Made by a program: the position numbers and the translations under genes
Part shown: in pieces, positions 56,508 to 64,000 of the stretch
How the letters are laid out: the number at the start of each line of letters is the position of its first letter
Numbering within the stretch: position 1 is the first letter of the stretch
Notes under the pieces: model-generated
Told to the model about the DNA's origin: nothing
Database searches by the model: none
What the model saw: only the letters and a program-made list of their open reading frames with translations
From: Shinella sp.
GTDB lineage: Bacteria > Pseudomonadota > Alphaproteobacteria > Rhizobiales > Rhizobiaceae
Assembly (NCBI GenBank): GCA_039812945.1
Contig: JBDHSZ010000001.1
Span: 17,020-81,019, forward strand
Direction: 5' to 3'
Length of the DNA stretch: 64,000 nucleotides

Positions 56508-58013
56508 TCATTCTTCTTCCTGGAAGACCTCCTCGCGCTTGGCCTTGACCGATGGCAGGAACACGACGATCAGAACGGCCAGCGCGATGGCAAGCAGCAC
56601 CGCGCTGATCGGGCGCGTGACGAAGGTGCTCGGATCGCCGCGCGACAGGATCATGGCGCGGCGCAGGTTCTCCTCCAGCAGCGGCCCGAGCACGAAGCCG
56701 AGCAGCAACGGCGCGGGCTCGCAGCGCAGCTTGGCGAGCAGATAGCCGCCGAGGCCGAACAGCGCGACCGCATAGAGGTCATAGACGTTGGAATTCACGC
56801 TGTAGACGCCGATCGAGCAGAAGGCCATGATGATCGGGAAGAGCACGTAATAGGGCACCGTCAGCAGCTTCACCCAGAGGCCGATGAGCGGCAGGTTCAG
56901 CACCACGAGCATCAGGTTGCCGATCCACATGGAGGCGATGATGCCCCAGAACAGCGTCGGCTGCTCGGATGCCACGTTCGGCCCGGGCACGATCCCCTGG
57001 ATGATCATCGCCCCGACCATCAGCGCCATGACCGGGTTTGCCGGAATGCCGAGCGTCAACAGCGGGATGAACGAGGTCTGCGCGCCGGCATTGTTGGCCG
57101 ATTCCGGGCCGGCGACGCCGGCGATGGCCCCCTTGCCGAACTCTCCCGGACGGTCGGAGATGCGCTTTTCGACCGTATAGGAGGCGAAGGCGGCGAGGAT
57201 CGCCCCGCCGCCCGGCAGGATGCCGAGCGCCGAGCCGATGGCCGTGCCGCGCAGCACCGGCGCGGCCATGCGCCGGAAATCGTCCTTCGTCGGCCAGAGG
57301 CCCGAGACCTTGGCGATGAGGACGCTGCGCGTCTTCTCGCCCTCCAGGTTGCGCAGGATCTCGGCGATGCCGAAGACGCCCACCGCGACTGCGACGAAAT
57401 TGAGCCCGTCGGCATATTCCCGGATGCCGAGGGTGAAGCGCGGCGTGCCCGTATAGATATCCGTGCCGACGAGGCCGAGCAGCAGGCCGAGCGCCACCAT
57501 GGCCAGCGCCTTGACGATGGAGCCGTGCGCGAGCGCGATGGAGGAGACGAGGCCGACGACCATCAGCGAGAAATACTCGGCCGCGCCGAACCGCAGCGCC
57601 ACGGCGGTCAGCGGGATCGCGAAGATCGCGACGAGGAAGGTGGAGACCGTGCCGGCAAAGAAGGAGCCGAGCGCGGCGATGGAGAGCGCCGCCCCCGCCC
57701 TGCCCTTGCGCGCCATCTGGTAGCCGTCGATGGCGGTCACGGCGGAGGAGGATTCGCCCGGCATGTTGATGAGGATCGCCGTGGTCGAGCCGCCATATTG
57801 CGCGCCGTAATAGATGCCGGCGAGCATGATCAGCGAGGAGACCGGCTCGAGCTGGAAAGTGATCGGCAGGAGCATGGCGATGGTCGCCGTCGCGCCGATA
57901 CCCGGCAGCACGCCGATCAGCGTGCCGAGCAGGACGCCGATGAGGCAGAAGGCGAGGTTGGCGGGCGAGGCGGCGGTGGAGAAGCCGAGCGCGAGATTGC
58001 TGATGAGATCCAT
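56508..58013 (-). CDS. tctA: Tripartite tricarboxylate transporter large permease TctA
   Basis: GTLIGVLPGIG, YYGAQYGGS, GPESANNA. Confidence 0.95.
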   Translation of the reverse strand: MDLISNLALGFSTAASPANLAFCLIGVLLGTLIGVLPGIGATATIAMLLPITFQLEPVSSLIMLAGIYYGAQYGGSTTAILINMPGESSSAVTAIDGYQMARKGRAGAALSIAALGSFFAGTVSTFLVAIFAIPLTAVALRFGAAEYFSLMVVGLVSSIALAHGSIVKALAMVALGLLLGLVGTDIYTGTPRFTLGIREYADGLNFVAVAVGVFGIAEILRNLEGEKTRSVLIAKVSGLWPTKDDFRRMAAPVLRGTAIGSALGILPGGGAILAAFASYTVEKRISDRPGEFGKGAIAGVAGPESANNAGAQTSFIPLLTLGIPANPVMALMVGAMIIQGIVPGPNVASEQPTLFWGIIASMWIGNLMLVVLNLPLIGLWVKLLTVPYYVLFPIIMAFCSIGVYSVNSNVYDLYAVALFGLGGYLLAKLRCEPAPLLLGFVLGPLLEENLRRAMILSRGDPSTFVTRPISAVLLAIALAVLIVVFLPSVKAKREEVFQEEE

Positions 58014-58022
58014 GGGCGCCTC

Positions 58023-58484
58023 CTACAGCCGGGTCCAGGGGCCGAACCGCTCGAAGGGCAGGCCGAGGGCATAGCTGAACACCAGCGCGGAAAACACCGT
58101 GATGGCCGCGGCAAGGGCCAGCGCCGGCAAGGGCTTCATGCGCGACGAGGCGAAGGCGGCGATCAGCGCGGCGAAGAACAGCGACGGCACGAAGCCGAGG
58201 CCGCGCACCGTCAGGCCGAAGAACACCGGGGCAGGGAGGATGAAGAGCATGCCGCGCAGCGCCAGCGGCCCCATCGGCTCCCCCTTCACGCGCGTCGCCT
58301 GGACCAGCACGACGACGCCGAGCAGCGTCAGGACGGCGGCGAGGACCAGCGGGAAATAGCCCGGCCCCATGCGGAATGCCGTCCCCAACTCCAGGTTAAG
58401 GCATTGATAGATAAAGAAGCCACCCAGCGCGATGAAGGTCAGGCCGCATATCGCATTGGTGCCGTCGAACTGCACTTGTTTCAT
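58023..58484 (-). CDS. tctB: Tripartite tricarboxylate transporter small permease TctB
   Basis: GTAFRMGPGYFP; 153-aa membrane protein between tctC and tctA. Confidence 0.92.
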   Translation of the reverse strand: MKQVQFDGTNAICGLTFIALGGFFIYQCLNLELGTAFRMGPGYFPLVLAAVLTLLGVVVLVQATRVKGEPMGPLALRGMLFILPAPVFFGLTVRGLGFVPSLFFAALIAAFASSRMKPLPALALAAAITVFSALVFSYALGLPFERFGPWTRL

Positions 58485-58571
58485 GAAAATCCCTCTCCCT
58501 GCGGCCCCTCGGGGCCACGCCGGCGGTCAACGATCACGGCGGCATGACGCCGCCGCGACCCGGTCTCCGTC

Positions 58572-59555
58572 CTAGTCGGCGTATTGGCCGGCTGCCTCGA
58601 TGACGGGCTTCCAGCGGTCGATCTCGCTTTCCAGCTTCGCCTTGAGCGCGGCCGGCGTCGCCTCGGCCTCGGAGGAGGGCGCCGTGCCGAGCTCGGCGAA
58701 GCGGGCGACCACATTCGGGTCCTTCAGCGCGAGCTGCAGCGACTTGGAAAGGCGCTCCGTCACCTCGGCGGACGTGCCCTTCGGGGCATAGACACCGTGC
58801 CAGATACCGACCTGGAAGCCCGGCAGGCCGGCTTCTTCCGCCGTCGGGATATCGGGCAGGTTGTCGAGGCGGGCAGGCGAGGTCACGGCATAGGCCTTGA
58901 TCGTGCCGCCCTGGATCTGCTTCGTCGTGTTGGTCGTCTGGTCGCACATCACGTCGACCTGGCCGCCGAGCAGGTCCGTCATGGCCGGGCCGGTGCCCTT
59001 GTAGGGCACGGTGGTGAACTGCGTCTCGAGCGCGCTCATCAGCAACATGCCGCACAGATGCGAGGCCGCGCCGATGCCGGCATTGGCCACCGTCACGGTG
59101 TCCTTGTTGGTCTTCATATAGTCGATCAGCCCCTTGAGATCGGTGGGCTCGAAATCCTTGCGGGCGACGATCGTCATCGGAACTTCCGTGACGAGGCCGA
59201 CATATTCGAAGGCGTTCAGCGTGTCATAGGCGAGCTTGCGGTAGAGCGTCGCGCTGGTCGCCATGCCGATATGGTGCAGGAGCAGGGTATAGCCGTCCGG
59301 ATCGGCGCTGACCACGCGGCCCGCCCCGAGCGTGCCGCCCGCACCGCCGACATTCTCGACGACGATCTGCTGGCCGAGGTCCTTCGACATGGCTTCGGCG
59401 ACGAGGCGCGTCACCGTATCCGTCGGCCCGCCGGCGGAGAAGGGGACCACCATGGTGATGGTGCGTTCCGGATAGGTCTGGCCGAGGGCCGAGGTGGCGA
59501 GCAGCGATACGGCGAACGCGGCGGAGACGCCGACGAGGGTCTTCAAGGTCTTCAT
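58572..59555 (-). CDS. tctC: Tripartite tricarboxylate transporter substrate-binding protein TctC/Bug
   Basis: VVPFSAGGPTD, ENVGGAGG, VPYKGTGPA; RBS GGGAGGA. Confidence 0.93.
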   Translation of the reverse strand: MKTLKTLVGVSAAFAVSLLATSALGQTYPERTITMVVPFSAGGPTDTVTRLVAEAMSKDLGQQIVVENVGGAGGTLGAGRVVSADPDGYTLLLHHIGMATSATLYRKLAYDTLNAFEYVGLVTEVPMTIVARKDFEPTDLKGLIDYMKTNKDTVTVANAGIGAASHLCGMLLMSALETQFTTVPYKGTGPAMTDLLGGQVDVMCDQTTNTTKQIQGGTIKAYAVTSPARLDNLPDIPTAEEAGLPGFQVGIWHGVYAPKGTSAEVTERLSKSLQLALKDPNVVARFAELGTAPSSEAEATPAALKAKLESEIDRWKPVIEAAGQYAD

Positions 59556-59695
59556 CAAATCCTCCCGATGAGATCGCAGCCGACGCGGCTCCTCCCGCGC
59601 TGGTCCTGGATGCGCCCAGAGTGTCCGACGCCGTGGCGGGGACAAGCGGAAGGGACGACAGGCCCCGCTGTTTACCGCCGTAAACCGCGGCCGAT

Positions 59696-59743
59696 GGGTG
59701 GAAAGAGGGACAAAGCGCCGGCAGAACGGGTGGATTTCCACCC
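59696..59743. promoter_or_regulatory. DctD-type upstream activator sites
   Basis: Near-palindrome GGGTGGATTTCCACCC (59728-59743) plus half-site GGGTGGAAAG (59696-59705) upstream of tctC. Confidence 0.55.
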
Positions 59744-59750
59744 ACCCACC

Positions 59751-61106
59751 TCAGGTTTCATCCTGAAGCGCGGAGAAACCGATGCTCTTGTCGAGCCCGT
59801 ACTTCTGCATCTTCTCGTAAAGCGTCTTGCGGGAGACGCCGAGCTGCTCATAGACCGGCCTGAGGCTGCCGCCATGGGCGGCCAGCGCGCTGGCGATCAG
59901 GCCGCGTTCGTAGATCGCGACCTTGTCCGCGAGCCGTTGCGGGCCCGCATCCTGCGATGCGCCCTCGGCATTCGTATCCAGGCCCAGGACGAAGCGGTCG
60001 GCCGCATTGCGCAGCTCGCGGACATTTCCGGGCCAGCTCCGCCCGGCGATATCGGTGACCAGTTCGGGCGGCGCCTCGGCATCGCCGCGCCCGTAGCGCG
60101 CCGCCGCCTCGCGCACGAGCTGCAGGAAGAGGAGGGGGACATCCGCCCGCCGCTGCGCCAGCGACGGCACATGCAGCGTCGCGACATTCAGGCGATAGAG
60201 CAGGTCGGGCCGGAAGCGCCCGGCGGCCACTTCCATCTCGAGATCCACCTTGCTCGTGGCGATGAAGCGCACGTCGAGCGGCACGGGCTCGTTGGAACCG
60301 AGCCGCGTGATGACGCGCTCCTGCAGGACGCGAAGGAATTTCGCCTGTAAATCGAAGGGCATGGAGCCGATCTCGTCCAGCAGGATCGTGCCACCGCGGC
60401 CGTGCTCGAACTTGCCGTAGCGGGGCCGCAACGCGCCGGGGAAGGCGCCCGCCTCATGGCCGAACAGCTCGCTCTCGATGAGGGTTTCCGGCAGGGCGGC
60501 GCAGTTGATGGCGATGAACGGCTTGTTTGCCCGCGCGCTGACATCGTGCAGCGCCCGCGCGACGACCTCCTTTCCGGCCCCCGTCTCGCCGATGATCAGC
60601 GTATCGGCATCCGTCGCGCCGATCGCCCGCAGCCGGTAGCGTAGATCGACCATGACCTGCGTGCGGCCAGGCAGACGCGCCTCGATATCGTCGCGCTTGC
60701 CGGCGACGGCGCGCAGGCGGCGGTTTTCGAGAACGAGGCTGCGGCGGTCCATCGCCCGGCGGATGATGCCGGCGAGATGCTGCGCCGTGAACGGCTTTTC
60801 GAGGAAGTCATAGACCCCGGCCCGCATGGCGCTGACGGCGAGCTGCACGTCGGCATGCCCCGTCACGAGGATGACCGGCACTTCCGGGTCCACCTCGCGG
60901 ATGCGCTGCAGCAGGCTCATGCCGTCCATGCCGGGCATGCGGATATCGCTGACGACCACGCCGTCGAAGGAATAGCCGACCAGCTCCAGCACCGGCTCGG
61001 CGCTGGAGAACGTATCGACGTCGAGGCCGAACAGTTCGAGCGCCTGCGCCGAGGAACGGCGCATCTCCTCCTCGTCGTCGATCAGCAGAATGCGGGCGCC
61101 CGTCAT
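59751..61106 (-). CDS. dctD: DctD-like NtrC-family response regulator (REC-AAA+-HTH) with GAFPGA loop
   Basis: SDIRMPGMDG, GETGAGKE, ESELFGHEAGAFPGA, WPGNVREL; paralog of canonical DctD. Confidence 0.9.
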   Translation of the reverse strand: MTGARILLIDDEEEMRRSSAQALELFGLDVDTFSSAEPVLELVGYSFDGVVVSDIRMPGMDGMSLLQRIREVDPEVPVILVTGHADVQLAVSAMRAGVYDFLEKPFTAQHLAGIIRRAMDRRSLVLENRRLRAVAGKRDDIEARLPGRTQVMVDLRYRLRAIGATDADTLIIGETGAGKEVVARALHDVSARANKPFIAINCAALPETLIESELFGHEAGAFPGALRPRYGKFEHGRGGTILLDEIGSMPFDLQAKFLRVLQERVITRLGSNEPVPLDVRFIATSKVDLEMEVAAGRFRPDLLYRLNVATLHVPSLAQRRADVPLLFLQLVREAAARYGRGDAEAPPELVTDIAGRSWPGNVRELRNAADRFVLGLDTNAEGASQDAGPQRLADKVAIYERGLIASALAAHGGSLRPVYEQLGVSRKTLYEKMQKYGLDKSIGFSALQDET

Positions 61107-62929
61107 TCCGCCGCCTCCTGCACCGGCTTCGCGCCTTCCAGGACGATCCGGAAGATCGCTCCGCCCTCCGCATGATTGCTGGCCACCAGATCCCCGCCGA
61201 AGTCCTTGACAATATTATAGGAAATGGAAAGTCCGAGGCCGAGCCCCTTGCCAACGCCCTTGGTGGTGAAGAACGGATCGAAGATGCGCTCGGCGATCGC
61301 GGCGGGTACGCCGGGACCGCGGTCGCGAACTTCTATGCCGATGCGGCCGTCGTCGAAGCGGCGGGCGGAGAGCACTATCTCCCGCTCCGCAAGACCTTCC
61401 ACCGCATCGGCGGCATTGCTGATGATATTGACCAGGACCTGCTGAAGCCGCACCGGTCCCGCCTGCACCGTCAGGCCGGGGCTTTCCAGCTCCACGACCA
61501 GCTTCGCATCCGCCGCCTTGAGGCGCGGCGTGACGATCTCCATCGTATCGGCGACGACGTCCGACAGTAAGACCGGCCCGAGCCGCTCGTTCGGTTTGCG
61601 GGCGAAATTGCGTAAGTGCCGGCTTATCGATGCCATCCGATCGATGAGGGCGGAGATGCGCCGCACATTGTCCTGCGCCTCGGAAACGCGGTCGCGTTCG
61701 ATGAGGAGCGCGGCGCTGTCCGCATAGGTCTTGGCCGCGGCCAGCGGCTGGTTGAATTCGTGGGAGAGGGCGGCCGACATCTGGCCGAGGCCGGCGAGCT
61801 TCCCGGCCTGGATGAGATCGGCCTGCGTCTTGCGCAATTCCTGCTCCGTCAGCCGACGCTCGGCGATTTCCAGCTCGATCTGCTCGTTGACGCGGGCGAG
61901 GTCGGCGGTGCGTTCCTCCACCCGATGCTCCAGCTCGTTGCGCGCTTCCTCCTGAAGGCGCAGCCGCTCCACCACCCGGGCACGGCGCTGCCAGATGACC
62001 GCGCCGGCGAGACCGGCAAGGCAGATGAACAGCAGGACCGCGATCAGCGTGGTTCGCGCCTGCGCCCGAACCGATGCAGTATCCAGCAGGACGTTCACCG
62101 TCCAGTCGGCCTCGGGCATATAGTGCGACAGGCGCAGATATTCCCGGGTCGCGCCGCCGCCGGCGATCTGCAGCAGGTGTTGACCGTGGTAAACCGATTC
62201 GGTGAGGGGCAGGGGCCGCAGCTCCGCCTCGGCATAGCGACGCGACGCCTGGGTGCGGGCAAGGCGTGGCGCATCGAGCGGCAGGATGCCGGTATAAAGC
62301 CATTCCGGCGCGCCGCTCATGAAGATGATGCCTTCCGGATCGGCAACGAAGATCTTGTATTCGCCGCCGCGCCATGAGCTTTCGATGGAATCGATATCGA
62401 CCTTGAAGACGATCACGCCGAGGATCTTCCCGGCAACCTCCACCGGCGAGGAAAAGTAATAGCCGCGCTTCAGGGAGGTCGTGCCGAGCGCATAGAAGCG
62501 GGCGGGCCTGCCGGCGATCGCATCCTGGAAATAGGGTCGATAGCTGAAATTCTCCCCGACGAAGGTTCCCGGCGTGTCATAGTTGCTCGCCGCGATCGTA
62601 TTGCCGTTCGGCGTCATCACATAGATATCGGACGATTCCAGCAGACTATTGATTTCCTTGAGATATTGATTGGCGACCTCGCGCAGGGCAGGGTTATCCG
62701 GCGCCTGCAGCAGGCCCTCGATGTCATCGTGATCGGCGATCAGGGCGGGCAGGGGCTCGTAACGGCTAAGATGCCCGGCGAGCGCCGCGACGGCAAGACG
62801 CAATGCCGATCCGGCCTGCGCGGATGCCTCGTCCATGTAGCTGCGCGTCAGCAACGTTCCGCCCTGGAGGGTGGCGAGAACGAGGGCGATGGGCAGGATC
62901 ACGAAAGCCAGGGCATGACGCAGCTTCAC
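61103..62929 (-). CDS. dctB: DctB-like sensor histidine kinase
   Basis: Periplasmic Cache domain (SYRPYF, GTTSLKRGYY), SHEFNQPL H-box, FFTTK, GLGLGL. Confidence 0.92.
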   Translation of the reverse strand: MKLRHALAFVILPIALVLATLQGGTLLTRSYMDEASAQAGSALRLAVAALAGHLSRYEPLPALIADHDDIEGLLQAPDNPALREVANQYLKEINSLLESSDIYVMTPNGNTIAASNYDTPGTFVGENFSYRPYFQDAIAGRPARFYALGTTSLKRGYYFSSPVEVAGKILGVIVFKVDIDSIESSWRGGEYKIFVADPEGIIFMSGAPEWLYTGILPLDAPRLARTQASRRYAEAELRPLPLTESVYHGQHLLQIAGGGATREYLRLSHYMPEADWTVNVLLDTASVRAQARTTLIAVLLFICLAGLAGAVIWQRRARVVERLRLQEEARNELEHRVEERTADLARVNEQIELEIAERRLTEQELRKTQADLIQAGKLAGLGQMSAALSHEFNQPLAAAKTYADSAALLIERDRVSEAQDNVRRISALIDRMASISRHLRNFARKPNERLGPVLLSDVVADTMEIVTPRLKAADAKLVVELESPGLTVQAGPVRLQQVLVNIISNAADAVEGLAEREIVLSARRFDDGRIGIEVRDRGPGVPAAIAERIFDPFFTTKGVGKGLGLGLSISYNIVKDFGGDLVASNHAEGGAIFRIVLEGAKPVQEAAE

Positions 62930-63025
62930 GGAATGACGGCTCCTCTCCGCTTCCTCGCGGTCCGGGCCGGCCGCGCCCCATTCTATCGGGCGGGTCGCGC
63001 CTTTCCTAGAGGGCAGGGGAGGGGG

Positions 63026-63526
63026 TCACTCGGGCAGGCGGGCCTCGCCGAGCTCGATCCCGAGGAAGGAGGCCAATCCATCGACGACGATCGCATGGTC
63101 GATGCGCTCCGGCACGCCGGAGACCGTGATCGCCCCGACGCAACCGAGATCCGCGACGAGCAACGGAAAGCTGCCGCCGTGCACGGAGAAATCGGCATAG
63201 GAGAGATTGCGGGCCTCGACCTGATCGCGGCCGGAAAGCGCAAGCCTCCGCCCGACGAGATAGGAGGCGTTCCAAAGCCGCAGCACGGTGTTGCGCTTGC
63301 GGCGGATCCACTCGGCATTGTCCGTCGTGGTGCCGGGGAGGGCGGTGTGGAAAAGCGTACGGTCGCGCGTCGAGATATCGATCGCCACGCCGGCCCCGCG
63401 CGCGAGCGCGATTTCGCGGATGCGGTTGCCGAGCACCCATGCATCCTCGGCGCCGAACCGGCTGAAGCGCAACAGCCGCTCCTGCTCCTCGAGCCTGCGG
63501 ATATCCTCTGCGATCGTCTCCGTCAT
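63026..63526 (-). CDS. UPF0303 heme-degrading domain protein
   Basis: DNAEWIRRKRNTV, HGGSFP, TVSGVPERIDH. Confidence 0.85.
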   Translation of the reverse strand: MTETIAEDIRRLEEQERLLRFSRFGAEDAWVLGNRIREIALARGAGVAIDISTRDRTLFHTALPGTTTDNAEWIRRKRNTVLRLWNASYLVGRRLALSGRDQVEARNLSYADFSVHGGSFPLLVADLGCVGAITVSGVPERIDHAIVVDGLASFLGIELGEARLPE

Positions 63527-63665
63527 CGTCGTCTCCTTGCCGGAACCCCATGGTCGTTCCTAGCGGGACTCGCCGTCCGGAGAAAGGGGCGGCTTGACGG
63601 AGATCAAGGTTGCGCTACACGAAAGCCGTAGGGTGGGCGCCCATGCAACCGATCGACGGAATTTT

Positions 63666-64000
63666 ATGCCGGACAGCTTCTTCATCTTCGCCATCCTCGC
63701 GCTGCTGCTGACGCCCGGCCCGACCAACACGCTGCTGACGGTCGGCGCCGCGACCCGCGGATTGCGGGCCAGCCTTCCGCTGCTGGCCGGGGAGCTTTTC
63801 GGCTATCTCGTCGTGATCGTCCCGCTCGCAACCGTCGCCGCATCCCTACTGGAAGGGCGTCCCGCATTATCCGCCGGACTTCGGGCGGCCGCGGCGTGCT
63901 GGGTCCTGTTCCTCGCGATGCGCCTGTGGCGCGTGTCTTCAGCGCAGAAAATCCGACAAGAGGTTTCGCCGGTGACGATCGGCCAGGTCTTCCTGACGAC
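63666..64000 (+). CDS. LysE/RhtB family exporter (partial; runs off window end)
   Basis: Manual translation MPDSFFIFAILALLLTPGPTNTLL; PGP signature. Confidence 0.82.
   Translation, partial: MPDSFFIFAILALLLTPGPTNTLLTVGAATRGLRASLPLLAGELFGYLVVIVPLATVAASLLEGRPALSAGLRAAAACWVLFLAMRLWRVSSAQKIRQEVSPVTIGQVFLT

Noticed and set aside
1-64000. CRISPR arrays, rRNA/tRNA genes, intact IS or prophage
   Set aside because: No regularly spaced repeats, structural RNA signatures, or complete transposase, integrase or phage genes were seen.

Overview
High-GC alphaproteobacterial (Rhizobiaceae-like) DNA, probably an accessory catabolic region of a chromid or megaplasmid (inference). It holds about 58 genes. Almost all are importers (two Dpp/Opp-type ABC, three BMP/nucleoside-type ABC, one PotABCD-like, one TctABC), their regulators (2 MarR, 4 GntR/FadR, DeoR, DctB/DctD-like pair) or catabolic enzymes. 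I saw no rRNA, tRNA, CRISPR array or intact mobile element. The most interesting locus is 1167-14870. It encodes an apparent amidohydrolase-related dinuclear oxygenase (one intact and one degenerate amidohydrolase-fold subunit, a Rieske ferredoxin and a PDR-type reductase). It is co-transcribed with a VOC protein and an NHL beta-propeller that keeps the catalytic motifs of peptidyl-alpha-hydroxyglycine alpha-amidating lyase (PAL). A cytoplasmic CapA-family protein lies upstream, and a peptide ABC importer carries a near-identical promoter/operator box. This suggests a copper-free hydroxylate-then-cleave (PAM-like, N-dealkylating) catabolic pathway (hypothesis). Other observations: a putative pterin/nucleobase catabolic operon with an orphan reductase, a frameshifted BMP binding-protein gene, gene-fragment scars including an IS481-like remnant, several operator palindromes, and a DctD-like activator with GAFPGA in place of GAFTGA. 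All calls come from motif recognition by eye; no database searches were run.
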